Source: Candidatus Marinacidobacterales bacterium (GTDB lineage Bacteria > Acidobacteriota > Vicinamibacteria > Marinacidobacterales > SMYC01). From it: a DNA stretch of 64,000 nt. Location: assembly GCA_965237955.1 (NCBI GenBank), contig OZ250169.1:224001-288000 (forward strand), in the 5' to 3' direction. Position numbers and translations under genes: made by a program. This document shows, one piece after another, positions 1 through 10,444 of this stretch; the stretch's first letter is position 1; the number at the start of each line of letters is the position of its first letter. A model generated the notes under the pieces. The model did not search any database and was not told the DNA's origin. It saw only the letters and a program-made list of their open reading frames with translations.

Positions 1-327
1 ATGACGTCCCGACACAGGCGCGAGAGATAGTTTGGATGAATGAGGTTTACGCTCTCCTTCCCCTCCCCGGAGATCCTGCTTCGGCGGGCATAACGAGTCA
101 ATAGAATTTGCCCAACGGGTCCGCGTCGATCTTCCCTGAAAGCATCGTCGTCGTCGATGCCTTGCGCCCCGAAAACGCTCTGGATATACTCAGCATCGCT
201 TGGGAACGAGTTGTATTTACTCTTCGAGATGACACCTATCGATTCGACTCCGTTGTCTCAATCCCGACTTCTGTTTCGGGCGGCGTCGTGACAGTGTTTT
301 CGGTTTGCCTGGGGACGAGCTGAGCGC

Positions 328-1200
328 GTGCCGAACCCAACCCAGCAGAGTGACCTGACGGTCGTCCTTCCTGCGTTCAACGAAACCGAAAGCCTCGAAC
401 GGGTACTCAATGCGCTGAACGCACAACGTGCCGATTTCATTCGCGAGATTGTCGTTGTCGACGACGGCTCCACGGATGAGACCGCCTCGATCGCGGAAAA
501 GGCCGGTGCGCGTGTGATTCGCCACCAACGAAATCTCGGCTACGGGGCCAGTCTCAAGAGCGGGATTCGATCCGTTCGAAGCGAGTTCGTTTTGACGATG
601 GACTCGGACGGACAGCACCGCGTCTCCGACCTGATTCGCCTGTGGGAGCGAGCGAAAGATCACGACATGGTCATTGGGCAGCGGACCAACCGGTTCCACA
701 GTCCTTTGTGGCGCATGCCGGGAAAGTGGCTGTTGCGAATCATGGCCCAGCATTTAGTTCGCTCCCGAATTCCAGACCTGAATTCCGGGCTCCGGGTGTT
801 GCGATGTGACGTGGCGAAGAAGTATCTCCATCTTTGTCCGCAGGGGTTCTCCTTTTCGACGACGATGACGATGGCGTTGATGAGTCGAGGCTATAACGTC
901 GAGTTCGTACCCATCGAAGTCGACAAACGCGTCGGCAGTAGCACCGTGTCGTTATCGACCGGCCTCGAGACCCTGATTCTTCTGATCCGTATCTCGGTTC
1001 TTTTCAATCCGCTTCGAATTTTCATACCTGCGAGCTTCGGCATCGGTCTCGTTGGAGTCCTGTGGGGAGTCCCTTATGCAATCTTGGGAAAAGGCGTGAG
1101 CATAGGCTCGATGTTGGGGATTGTGACAGCTCTGAGTCTTTTCGGACTGGGTCTGGTCGCGGATCAGATTTCTCAAATGCGCCTCGAGCGCTACGAATGA
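328..1200 (+). CDS. GT2 glycosyltransferase, DPM1/polyprenol-phosphate sugar synthase-like, with two C-terminal TM helices
   Basis: Motifs VVLPAFNE, VVVDDGSTD, NLGYGASLK, MDSDGQH, PDLNSGLR; hydrophobic C-terminus. Confidence 0.9.
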   Translation: MPNPTQQSDLTVVLPAFNETESLERVLNALNAQRADFIREIVVVDDGSTDETASIAEKAGARVIRHQRNLGYGASLKSGIRSVRSEFVLTMDSDGQHRVSDLIRLWERAKDHDMVIGQRTNRFHSPLWRMPGKWLLRIMAQHLVRSRIPDLNSGLRVLRCDVAKKYLHLCPQGFSFSTTMTMALMSRGYNVEFVPIEVDKRVGSSTVSLSTGLETLILLIRISVLFNPLRIFIPASFGIGLVGVLWGVPYAILGKGVSIGSMLGIVTALSLFGLGLVADQISQMRLERYE

Positions 1201-1439
1201 AGCACGCCTGCCTTTCATTCATGCAGTTGCCCCCGGCCACGTCAATCTCTGCTCGGAGCGAAGAGAGGGAAAGGCGCGTGCCCCGCACAAGAGTCGTATC
1301 CATGCCAATGAGTTTTGGTGCGTGCCATAGATCGTAAGTCAGCTCGCTCGTTCTTTGCGTCTCCGAGGCTTCGTGGGTACGGGTAGGCGCGTCGTCGAGG
1401 CGGCACGCTATCGCTACTTCCTATTTACGGAGCGGCAGT

Positions 1440-1960
1440 TTGATCGCCGTTACAGTGTTGGACACTGCCTGTGTTAGCGTGACCGAGGAGTTGGATTGCG
1501 AAGGGTCGTCGCACGAGAATTCACGTGGTTACGAGGCAACGACGCATGACTACTTCAGGCGTATGATGAACGCGGTAGTGATCGACTATCGGGACTTCGT
1601 ATTCATGGACATCGGCTCGAGGAAGGGTCACGTCTTGATATTGGCTTCCGCCTAACCCTTCAAGCGCATCGTTGGCGTCTAGCACGCACGGTCGCTTCAT
1701 CGGACCGCACAGAGAAATCTGAAGAGTTTTCTTCAAAAGACGGGGCGTTCGGACGTGTTCGAGCTCGAATGCTTGGACGCCGAAGCGCTCGAGTGGCCGG
1801 CGCAGGATACTGTGGTGTGGCTCTACCGTTCGACGCTACAAAGATGAGATCCTTTCTCACTCGGCTTTCGGAATCGGCTCGGTGGAATTGAAGGCAGCTT
1901 CTGCTGTTCTATCGAAACCCGCGGTGCGCCCAGACCTTCGAGTCTTTCAGCTTTCTGAGG
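1440..1960 (+). pseudogene. Class I SAM-dependent methyltransferase pseudogene
   Basis: Reads FVFMDIGSRKGHVLILASA*PFKRIVGV*HARSLHRTAQRNL: a SAM motif I/II broken by in-frame TAA (1653) and TAG (1679); the end is approximate. Confidence 0.7.
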
Positions 1961-2391
1961 TCTGTGACCGAGCACTACGCGATTTACGCAAACGGGAACG
2001 TACCACGGTCGTGACGCCATCGTTCGGTTGAATCGAGCGCGGCGGATGGATGGCTCGGGTTGATTCGAGAATTCATCGCCACGCGCGCAAGCAACAACTA
2101 GAGTGACACCCCGGCCGCTGGTCTTGACTTCACGCCATCAACCCTGGATCGTCCACGACGGGCGACAGCAGGCCGGTGTTGCGCTGATTTGGTGTGCCTG
2201 GATATACTGGCGAGTGATCGTTTGCCAAGTATTGCGAGAGCGCCCGACGAGCAGACTTGCTCCACCGAGCGCGATTCGCCTCCTGACTTCGGCCGATGAT
2301 CCCGTCATTGTCGATTTGCTGACGGAAGCGGCCGCTCTGTGCGTGCTGGTCACGAATCGAAAAGCGAACCCCTGGAGGCGTTGAGCAGACC

Positions 2392-4323
2392 ATGTGCGGC
2401 ATCGCTGGGATTCTGAGCTTCGACGGAACGAGTCCGTCGATCGATGCAGTGACGTCGATGACGCGCTTGATCGCCCATCGTGGTCCCGACGGAGAAGAAT
2501 TCTATGCGTCCGGTCCCGTAGCTCTTGGCCACCGTCGGCTCGCCATCATCGATCTTTCCGCCGCGGGTCGACAACCCATGTCGAACGAAGACGAGACGGT
2601 GTGGATCACCTACAACGGGGAGATCTACAACTATGCCAGTCTGCGAAGCGATCTCGAAGGGCGTGGGCATAGGTTTCGCTCAGCAACCGACACCGAAGTC
2701 GTGGTGCATGCCTATGAAGAATGGGGCGTCGATTGCCTCGAACGCTTTAACGGCATGTTCGCGTTTGCGCTCTGGGATGCGAGTCGGAAACGGCTTTGGG
2801 TGGCGCGTGACCGCATTGGAATCAAGCCGCTGTTCTATGCCCATCTTCCGGACCGTTTTCTTTTCGGCTCCGAGCTGAAGGCGATCGTCGCCCATCCGGC
2901 CTTTGACCGGGGGCTGGATTTCGAGGCGCTCTCCTATTACTTGGCATTCAACTACACACCAGCGCCCTACACTCTCTTCGCGCAAGCGAGACAGCTCCTC
3001 CCCGGCCACTATTTGACGGTCAATGCCGAGGGTCGGCTGGAAATCACGGAATACTGGGATCTGATTTACGACGAGTCACAAAAGCGCAGCGATCCGGCCT
3101 TGGTGTCCGAGTTCGATCAGCGATTTCACGAGGCGGTCCGTGCGAGACTGGTGAGCGACGTCCCGTTCGGCGCGTTCTTGAGCGGGGGGGTCGATTCGAG
3201 CAGCATCGCTTATTGGATGTCGCAAGATATGAGCACGACCCTGAAGACTTTCTCCATTGGCTTTGGGGAACCGTCGTATGACGAGGTCGAATACGCGCGC
3301 GAGGTTGCCGAGCACCTGAAGACGGATCATCACGAACGCATCGTATCTGCCGATGCCGCCACCGTCCTTCCGAAAGTGGTCTGGCATGCGGAGGAGCCCA
3401 CCGCCGACTCCTCCATGGTTGCGGTGTACTACCTCGCCCAGATGGCTCGAGAGAAGGTCACGATGACCTTGAGCGGCGACGGTGCCGACGACATCCTTGC
3501 CGGCTACGAAACCTATCAAGCCTATTTCCTGCACCAGCTCTTGCGTGGCGTCCCGCGATGGATTCGTCGCGGAGTCCTCTCGCCTCTCGTCAACCTGCTG
3601 CCGGTGTCGGACTCGAAGGTCAGCCTAGATTTCAAGCTCCGGCGGTTTCTTGCGGGCGCGGACTTCACGTCAGAAGATGCGCACGCGACCTGGAGAATGA
3701 TCTTCGACGACGCTCACCGGACGAAGTTGCTCGCCCCCATAAGCCACGCACCCGGCGTCGGCGCCGATCCGATCGATCTGTACCGGCGGTATTTCGCCAA
3801 GACGAACGCGCGCGCCCCTCTCAATCGGATGCTGTATGTCGACACCCGTTTGTATCTTCCCAGCGATATGTTGGTAAAGATCGATCGGATGACGATGGCT
3901 CACGGTCTCGAGACCAGAGTGCCGTTCCTCGATCACGATCTCGTAGAATTTTCCGCGAAACTACCGCCGTCGCTCAAGCTACATCACTTCTTGAAAAAGA
4001 AACACATTCTCAAGAAAGTCATGCAGCCGCGACTGCCCGAAAGCGTACTCAAACGGAGAAAGCAAGGATTCAACGTACCCAAAGTGCGCTGGATCAAGTG
4101 CGACCTCAAGGAGTTCGTTCGCGATCACCTCTCACCGCAAAGAGCGCGCGAGACAGGCCTCCTCGACGAAAGCGTCGTCACCGGGTTGCTCGACGACCAC
4201 TTCCATGAACGAGCCGACAACAGCCACCAGATTTGGTGCCTGCTAACGTTGGTGCTGTGGCTCGACCAGTTCGCGGTGAGAGCCCCTTCGTCACCAAACG
4301 AGAGTCTTTCCGTAGTCAACTGA
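2392..4323 (+). CDS. asnB: Asparagine synthase (glutamine-hydrolyzing) family amidotransferase, probably glycan amidation
   Basis: N-terminal MCGI (Ntn Cys), HRGPDG, YNGEIYN, LSGGVDSS, SGDGADD, DRMTMAHGLETRVPFLD; RBS-like GGAGG upstream. Confidence 0.95.
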   Translation: MCGIAGILSFDGTSPSIDAVTSMTRLIAHRGPDGEEFYASGPVALGHRRLAIIDLSAAGRQPMSNEDETVWITYNGEIYNYASLRSDLEGRGHRFRSATDTEVVVHAYEEWGVDCLERFNGMFAFALWDASRKRLWVARDRIGIKPLFYAHLPDRFLFGSELKAIVAHPAFDRGLDFEALSYYLAFNYTPAPYTLFAQARQLLPGHYLTVNAEGRLEITEYWDLIYDESQKRSDPALVSEFDQRFHEAVRARLVSDVPFGAFLSGGVDSSSIAYWMSQDMSTTLKTFSIGFGEPSYDEVEYAREVAEHLKTDHHERIVSADAATVLPKVVWHAEEPTADSSMVAVYYLAQMAREKVTMTLSGDGADDILAGYETYQAYFLHQLLRGVPRWIRRGVLSPLVNLLPVSDSKVSLDFKLRRFLAGADFTSEDAHATWRMIFDDAHRTKLLAPISHAPGVGADPIDLYRRYFAKTNARAPLNRMLYVDTRLYLPSDMLVKIDRMTMAHGLETRVPFLDHDLVEFSAKLPPSLKLHHFLKKKHILKKVMQPRLPESVLKRRKQGFNVPKVRWIKCDLKEFVRDHLSPQRARETGLLDESVVTGLLDDHFHERADNSHQIWCLLTLVLWLDQFAVRAPSSPNESLSVVN

Positions 4324-4325
4324 TC

Positions 4326-4757
4326 GGTACTGTCAAATTGAGCTGGTGACTGACAGAAGGGGCCAATGAAGACCGATGCACCAAGCTACCACGGCTATCG
4401 ATCTGAGAAGCTACAGCGCCGCTCACCGCGAGGTCATGCCGTCCGTCGTCCACCCCACCGACCAGTACAGAAACAACCTAGCCGAAGTCTCGCACGAGCC
4501 GACGCGACAACGGGAACGGGAACGACCGATGCAGAAGTTTGAAACTCCGGGACAGGCGCAACGATTCTTGACCGTGCATGGACTTGTGCAAAACCTCTTT
4601 CGCGTCGGACGGCATTTGTTGCAAGCGCGTCATCATCGAGAGCTACGAGACCGCGCTTTCATCGTCTGGCACGAGGTAACATGTGCCGCCTGACGAGAGC
4701 AAAGGAAGTCAGCTCGACGCGATAGGTTCGCTCGATCAATGTCAACTTGACAATACC
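4326..4757 (+). mobile_element. Internally deleted IS6-family element (432 bp, non-autonomous)
   Basis: Both IRs are present (GGTACTGTCAAATTG ... CAACTTGACAATACC); GGCTATCGAT is joined directly to CTGAGAAGCTAC, removing about 380 bp relative to the 806-bp copies. Confidence 0.92.
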
Positions 4758-5130
4758 GTTTGGCGTGAAGCAGGACGGTGGTGAGGAGGAGGACACCGCC
4801 AGCTTTGAGACAACGAAACGTCTCGAAAAACACGGGACTCAGCTGGAACAAGTGCTTGAGCACGTAATTGCACACGGCGCAATCCACGGATGCGGAGGCG
4901 AGGGGCCACGATGTCTTCAGATCGGCGACGACATCCGGCGTGCGGCTCGCGGCTCAAATTCAGCGAGATGATGCGGCATCCCGCATCAAGATCGAGCGCT
5001 TCCCATACCGCTGGGGTCGGACCACCGGCGTCGAGCAGACGAATATCATCCGCGACTGACAGCTCCAGTCACGAGAGCGCCACCGTCGTCGCCGCCCGCA
5101 GCACGCTGTGACCCTTCGAAAGCTCGCGAG
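4758..5130 (-). pseudogene. SAM methyltransferase fragment truncated by IS6
   Basis: DCAVCNYVLKHL...FRCLKAGGVLLLTT resembles Methyltransf_11 motifs; the frame runs into the IS6 IR; the start is approximate. Confidence 0.6.
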
Positions 5131-5160
5131 CAAGCCCTCGTCGCGGTTCGACTTTCTCGA

Positions 5161-5844
5161 TCATGGTGCCCGCCGAAGCCGTGCCGCGAAGGACAACGAG
5201 AACAACGAGGGACTGATTTTACCGAGCATACGAAACGGAGCCGCCACAAAGCGACTCCGATATTTGAACGTGTGGAAGCGCTCATCGACGATGTGAAGGC
5301 CCACCGAAGCGACGACGCTTCTAAACGTCTCGCGGTTGAACCAGTAGACGTGCTGCTTGCGAGGCGTATTGTTCTCCGGAACCCGCCCCAGCACTACTTG
5401 GCAGCGGGCGATGACCGAGTTGAAGTTGGGTACGACAATGACGATGTCCTCGGCGACCCGGGCCGCTTCGGCCAGAAGCTCGGCCGGATAGAAAGTATGC
5501 TCGAGGACGTCGATGAGGGTTGCCGTGGCGAAGCTTCCACTTGCGAATGGCAGAGTCCTCTCGGCATCGCAGCGCACCGCCGTGAACGCTTTCTCCTTGA
5601 GAATACGGAGGCTCGACGTGGCGATGTCGCACCCGACGAGAGATCCGAGGCTCTTGTCTCGCGCCAAGCCGAGAAAGTGTCCCGCGCCGCAGCCGATGTC
5701 GACCACCGGCTCACGATCGACGAGCTCACACGCGGCGAAGTGCTTCCACTGAAGACCGGCGTCCGGACCGCGCCAGAAGCCCTCCCAGTGCGCGACGTCG
5801 GCGGATTTCATGTTGGCCATCCGAGCTCGCCCGCCCAGCGACAC
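5161..5844 (-). CDS. Class I SAM-dependent methyltransferase (Methyltransf_11/MetW-like)
   Basis: VVDIGCGAG, GCDI, LPFASGSF, LIDVLEH, VVPNF. Confidence 0.9.
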   Translation of the reverse strand: MSLGGRARMANMKSADVAHWEGFWRGPDAGLQWKHFAACELVDREPVVDIGCGAGHFLGLARDKSLGSLVGCDIATSSLRILKEKAFTAVRCDAERTLPFASGSFATATLIDVLEHTFYPAELLAEAARVAEDIVIVVPNFNSVIARCQVVLGRVPENNTPRKQHVYWFNRETFRSVVASVGLHIVDERFHTFKYRSRFVAAPFRMLGKISPSLFSLSFAARLRRAP

Positions 5845-5929
5845 GTAATCGCGGGCTCGTCGACGGTTTTACACTGGGTCCGCCGCTCCAAGAAGACTCG
5901 GGGCGAGCCAGGAGTTAGGACGGCCTTCA

Positions 5930-6135
5930 CGCTAGAATGGCACCTTATCACAAGTCGTTCCGAGCTTGTCGTCGTGTCCGAAAATACGAACGGAGCCCGA
6001 AAGCTCGAATCCTAGAGGCATTCTCGAAATTCGCAGAAACCAGCCGACGCGGCACTGGCTCTGTGATAGGCGCTCCCGAGCAGACCTTCCGCTTCGTTGA
6101 AGACGGGAACGCAAACGCTGAGCTTCGATCTCGAG
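5930..6135 (-). pseudogene. GT2 N-terminal remnant
   Basis: KLSVCVPVFNEAEGL is a GT2 start motif followed by degenerate sequence. Confidence 0.5.
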
Positions 6136-6199
6136 CTCACGGGTTCACTCGTTTCCGCAGCCCGGCGCGCCAACTGTTCCTGGTGCGCATGTCGAGGTG

Positions 6200-6524
6200 C
6201 TCGACAGGGAGGTCCTTTGCGATCGTGCGGTGAGTAAAACCCAGCTCGTACTTTAACCTTAGAAACCTCTCGTATTTTTCTCATCGATAACCTCTTAGCT
6301 GCCATTTCCTAGATCGTCCTCCTTCCGGGTACGACCTAGAGTGCCTTGAAACGTGCTATCGATGAGCGTTCGCGATGCCGGAACCGGCGTTCACGTTGCC
6401 TGGAATCCGTGTTCACCTTCCCCGGAATCCATGTTCACGATCCCCGGAATCCGTGTTCACGATGCTTTGGAATGGATGTTCACCTTCGGCTGGAATCTGC
6501 GTTCACGATGCCCCGGAATACGCA
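6200..6524 (-). mobile_element. istA: IS21-family left end with the first codons of istA
   Basis: Minus-strand terminus TGCGTATTCCGG at 6524, then a subterminal repeat array, then ORF start MAAKRLSMRKIREV at 6305, which is IstA-like. Confidence 0.8.
6366..6521. repeat. Seven contiguous 21-23 bp degenerate repeats (consensus about GTGTTCACGATCCCCGGAATCC), IS21 transposase-binding array
   Basis: Units start at 6366, 6387, 6409, 6431, 6453, 6476 and 6499 with no spacers. Confidence 0.85.
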
Positions 6525-6673
6525 ATGGGCGGGGCATCGGCGTTCGAGTCGTCACTGAGGCCAAGTATAATGTCAACCGCTCCGCGTGATAGGGAAAGTG
6601 CCGGTAGCGTGCTGAAAGGAAAAATGTTGTTCGAGACGGTTATCATCGGATACAGAAATAGGTGTTTCGTGTC

Positions 6674-7672
6674 ATGCGCCGCGAGCATGTAGGCTGGCTC
6701 TGCTGTCCAACGTCTCGGGAGCCGCTTTCTCTTGAGGTCGACGAAGAAGCGCAGGACGGCCATATCTTGACCGGGACCCTGTACTCCGCCGCGAGCCGGT
6801 ACCGTATCGAGGGTGGGATCCCTCGCTTCTTGATGGAGGAGCGTTCCGAAGCTGAGAGCCGAACGGTCGATGCGTTCGGCAAACAATGGGCCGAGGCCGG
6901 GGCGTTCAGTTTGACCTACGGTCAAGACGAGGATTATTTCGACCAATTTTTCCATCCCCTTTCTCTGGACAGCCTGCGCGACCGGATCACGCTCGACGCG
7001 GGCTGCGGGAACGGACGTTTGTTGGAGCTCGTCCTTCGATACGACCCCGCCCTCATCGTCGGCCTCGACTATTCCTCCTCGGTCGAGATCGCTTTTCGGC
7101 GGACGCGCCACGCCGACCACGTTCTGATCGTGCAGGGCTCCATTCTTGCCCCTCCTCTGGCCGAGCGACGATTCGAGGTCATCTTCTCTCTGGGCGTGGT
7201 GCATCATCTGGCATCGCCGTCCGTGGGGGTGGAGCGTTTGGGCGGGCTCCTGAAGGAGCAAGGTAAGATGCATCTATGGACCTACGCCCGTGAGGGCAAC
7301 GAGCTCTACCTCGCAGTGGCCGGCCCAATGAGAAGGCTGAGTCGCCGCTTGCCGGCTCGAGCGCTATGGGGATTTAGCTTCGCCCTGGCCCTCGCCGGTT
7401 GGCCTTACCTTTTGCTTTGCAGCGCCTCGGAGCGGTGGCTGCGCGGGCGCCACCCGCTACCGATGAGCCGCTACCTTGCGTTTTTGTATTCGCTCGGGTT
7501 TCGAGTGTTCGCTCTCGTGATCCACGATCAGCTGGCGCCCGCCATCGCACACTACCCGAGACGCTCGGAGCTCTTGGAATGGTGCCGCAAGCCCTCCCTG
7601 ACGGTAAACCACCTGGATATGCGCACGGAGAACAGCTGGCGCATTGGACTCGTGAAGGAGTCGAGCTCTTGA
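6674..7672 (+). CDS. SAM-dependent methyltransferase with N-terminal Trm112-like domain
   Basis: WLCCPTSREPL...YRIEGGIPRF (Trm112-like), then LDAGCGNGR, GVVHHL; ATG at 6674 chosen over GTG at 6662. Confidence 0.88.
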   Translation: MRREHVGWLCCPTSREPLSLEVDEEAQDGHILTGTLYSAASRYRIEGGIPRFLMEERSEAESRTVDAFGKQWAEAGAFSLTYGQDEDYFDQFFHPLSLDSLRDRITLDAGCGNGRLLELVLRYDPALIVGLDYSSSVEIAFRRTRHADHVLIVQGSILAPPLAERRFEVIFSLGVVHHLASPSVGVERLGGLLKEQGKMHLWTYAREGNELYLAVAGPMRRLSRRLPARALWGFSFALALAGWPYLLLCSASERWLRGRHPLPMSRYLAFLYSLGFRVFALVIHDQLAPAIAHYPRRSELLEWCRKPSLTVNHLDMRTENSWRIGLVKESSS

Positions 7673-8541
7673 GTCATCAGTTGAGCATCTGCGTTCCCGC
7701 CTATAACGAAGAAGAAGGCATCGCGAAATCCTTGGCGATGCTTCGCAAGGAATTTCCGGAGGCGGAGCTCATCGTCGTCGATGACGGTTCCGACGATCGC
7801 ACGGGCGAGATCGCAAGAGCCATCGAGGACGTCCGTCTCATTTCGCACGAGAGAAATCGCGGCTATGGAGCGTCACTGAAAGTGGCTATGCGAGAGGCCC
7901 GAGGGGAGGTCATCGCCTGGTTCGACGCCGACGGCCAGCACGACGCGCGAGACCTTCGCACCGTCGTCGAGCCGGTGCTGAGTGGCGAGAAAGATTCTGT
8001 GATAGGCGTTCGTTCCGGGAGCTCAGGGGACCGCTTCCCTCATCGCTCGGGGAAGTGGATTTTGAAACGCGCGGCCGAGCTCATCGTTCGTCACCGAGTC
8101 CCCGACTTGAACTCAGGCATGCGGTGCTTCAAAGGGAAAGTCATACGTCGTTATCTCCATCTACTTCCGGACGGGTTCTCCGCATCGAGCACCACCACGC
8201 TGCTCATGATGAAAAGAGGCTACCGGCTCGGATATCAGGAAATCCCTTCACGGCCCCGCGAAGGCAATCAGTCCTCCGTGCGGCCCATTCGTGATGGCTG
8301 GCGAACGCTCCAGGTGCTGGTGCGCATGTTGATGCTCTTCGAGGCCTTCGGATTTTTTACCGTTTTGAGCGCTTTGCAGATCGTTCCGGCCGTTATCTAT
8401 GGAGTTTGGATCGCACTCGCGAACCGCGAAGGATTTCCGATACTCGCCGCCACGGTCATTATTTCAGGGCTCCTGACTTTCTTCATGGGGCTCCTCGGCG
8501 ATCAGATCACGGAGTTGCGGAAAGAGAAGTTCGAGGACTGA
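7669..8541 (+). CDS. GT2 glycosyltransferase, paralog of 328..1200
   Basis: VPAYNEE, VVDDGSDD, NRGYGASLK, FDADGQH, PDLNSGMR; TTG start overlaps the upstream stop, with GAAGGAG RBS. Confidence 0.9.
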   Translation: MSHQLSICVPAYNEEEGIAKSLAMLRKEFPEAELIVVDDGSDDRTGEIARAIEDVRLISHERNRGYGASLKVAMREARGEVIAWFDADGQHDARDLRTVVEPVLSGEKDSVIGVRSGSSGDRFPHRSGKWILKRAAELIVRHRVPDLNSGMRCFKGKVIRRYLHLLPDGFSASSTTTLLMMKRGYRLGYQEIPSRPREGNQSSVRPIRDGWRTLQVLVRMLMLFEAFGFFTVLSALQIVPAVIYGVWIALANREGFPILAATVIISGLLTFFMGLLGDQITELRKEKFED

Positions 8542-8550
8542 AACGAACGT

Positions 8551-10419
8551 ATGTGCGGCATCGTCGGTATTTGTAACCTGGACCATCCGGAATCGACCCT
8601 ATCTCGCGAAGTGCTGGATGCGATGACCGACGCAGTAAAGCATCGCGGTCCGGATGGGCGGGGCGTCTATCTCGCTCCCGGCATCGGCATCGGCCATCGA
8701 AGGTTATCGATCCTCGATCCAAGCTCTGCCGGGCGGCAGCCTATGTCGGCTCAAAACGGCCAAGTCTGGATCACTTATAACGGCGAGATCTACAACTTCC
8801 TCGAGCTTCGTGAAGAGCTCGAAAACAAAGGGCACGTTTTCAAGTCGCGCACCGATACCGAAGTCGTTCTCTACGCTTACATCGAGTGGGGTTTGGAATG
8901 CGTCGATAAATTGAACGGGATCTTTGCCTTCGGTCTCTGGGATGAACGCCATCGCCGATTGTGGCTCGTGCGCGATCACCTCGGTGTCAAGCCGCTGTTC
9001 TACTCTATTCAGCACGGTCAGTTGAGCTTCGCTTCCGAGGTGTCCGCCCTCTGGCGAAATCCGGCCCTTAGTCGCGAGGTCGATTTTGGCGGGCTCGATG
9101 CTTTTATGACCTTCAGCTACGTTCCTGCCCCTTTGACGGGATATAAAGACGTGCGCCAGCTTTTGCCTGGCGAGTGGCTCTTGGCGGAAGCCGGCAGAAT
9201 CCAGCACCGTAAATATTGGGACGTTTCGCTGGATGCGCCGAAGTTTCGCGAGAGCGAGGAGGAGCTCGAAGAGGCTTTCGGAGACTTGTTTCGACGCGTC
9301 GTGAAACGCCAGATGATCGCCGACGTTCCCGTCGGATGCTACCTTTCTGGAGGCATCGACTCGTTCGCTGTGGCGCGAGCGATGCACGGCGTCAATGGCG
9401 ACAAGACGCAGGCGTTCTCGATGGGCTTTCGGGAGCCGAGCTTCGACGAGGCGCCCCTGGCTAAGATTGCTGCTGACACGCTGGGAGTGGATTTCCACTG
9501 CGGCTATGTCGAGCCCGTGAGCCAGGAGCGTCTCCGGGCGATTGTCGATCACGCTCAAGAGCCTTTCGGCGACTCCTCGATGCTTGCCGTCTATGGGCTT
9601 TCGGAGCTCACGCGAAAACACGTGAAAGTAGTTTTATCCGGCGACGGTGCGGACGAGATTCTCGCCGGCTACCCCACCTATCGCGCGAGTCGGGTCGCTC
9701 CTTGGTTTCGTTTACTGCCCGGCCTCGTTCGCAAACGAGCCATCCCGTCCCTGGTTCGGGCCATGCCGGCATCGGAGCGCAAATACGCCATGAGCCAGAT
9801 TTTGAATCGATTCGTCTATGGAGCCAACCAGGGCAAGTGGCGGGACCACGCCTCGTGGCGCGTCATCTGCACGAACGAGACCAAGAAAAAAATTTACAGC
9901 CCTGAGCTCTGGGCTCGCACACGCGATCTCGATCCCTTGGGCTCGTATGAAAAGGTGATGCGGCAATTAGATGGGAGGGGGCTCTCCAACCTGGACGCGT
10001 GGTTATACGCCGACCTGACGTTCTACCTTCCGAACGACATGCTGGTAAAAGTCGACCGGATGAGCATGGCCCATGGCTTGGAAGCACGCGTGCCATACTT
10101 GGACCGCGAGCTCGTCGAGTTCTGCTGGCGGCTTCCCGATCGACTGAAAATGAACTGGCTCCAGGGCAAAGTGTTGCTACGGCGCAAAGAAAAAGCGCAC
10201 TATCCGGCGGAGCTGGCCCGGCTTCCGAAGAAGGGCTTCAATGTGCCGCTCGAGCCTTGGTTTCGCAACGGAGTGTTTCAGTTGAGGAGCAAAGGCCAAG
10301 GTCTTTTTACCGAACACTTGAATTGGAATGGCGTTACCGACCTTGGGCGCGCTCATGCGGAAGGCGCGGCCGACTACGCTCACGTGCTCCACTCGATTAT
10401 GATTTTGGAGCACTTGTGA
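8551..10419 (+). CDS. asnB: Second AsnB-family amidotransferase
   Basis: MCGI, HRGPDG, YNGEIYN, LSGGIDS, SGDGADE, DRMSMAHGLEARVPYLD. Confidence 0.95.
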   Translation: MCGIVGICNLDHPESTLSREVLDAMTDAVKHRGPDGRGVYLAPGIGIGHRRLSILDPSSAGRQPMSAQNGQVWITYNGEIYNFLELREELENKGHVFKSRTDTEVVLYAYIEWGLECVDKLNGIFAFGLWDERHRRLWLVRDHLGVKPLFYSIQHGQLSFASEVSALWRNPALSREVDFGGLDAFMTFSYVPAPLTGYKDVRQLLPGEWLLAEAGRIQHRKYWDVSLDAPKFRESEEELEEAFGDLFRRVVKRQMIADVPVGCYLSGGIDSFAVARAMHGVNGDKTQAFSMGFREPSFDEAPLAKIAADTLGVDFHCGYVEPVSQERLRAIVDHAQEPFGDSSMLAVYGLSELTRKHVKVVLSGDGADEILAGYPTYRASRVAPWFRLLPGLVRKRAIPSLVRAMPASERKYAMSQILNRFVYGANQGKWRDHASWRVICTNETKKKIYSPELWARTRDLDPLGSYEKVMRQLDGRGLSNLDAWLYADLTFYLPNDMLVKVDRMSMAHGLEARVPYLDRELVEFCWRLPDRLKMNWLQGKVLLRRKEKAHYPAELARLPKKGFNVPLEPWFRNGVFQLRSKGQGLFTEHLNWNGVTDLGRAHAEGAADYAHVLHSIMILEHL

Positions 10420-10444
10420 TCCCCCGCGCGGGGAATCCAGAAGC

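Noticed and set aside
108-323. 71-aa ORF at the left edge
   Set aside because: It may be the tail of an upstream gene, but it has no recognisable motif and upstream stops prevent a supported call.
5272-6015. Long antisense or alternate-frame ORFs (also 8704..9621, 50113..51009, 54084..55037, 56353..57222, 62535..63344)
   Set aside because: They overlap well-supported genes on the other strand, have no recognisable motifs, and are expected in GC-rich DNA.
6366-6524. Possible CRISPR array
   Set aside because: The repeats are contiguous and degenerate with no unique spacers, no cas genes are present, and the array ends in an IS21 terminus next to an istA stub.
2392-10419. AsnB-like genes as lasso-peptide cyclases
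   Set aside because: Both keep the N-terminal Cys glutaminase domain (MCGI); no B1/B2 peptidase, RRE or precursor is nearby; the context is glycosyltransferases.
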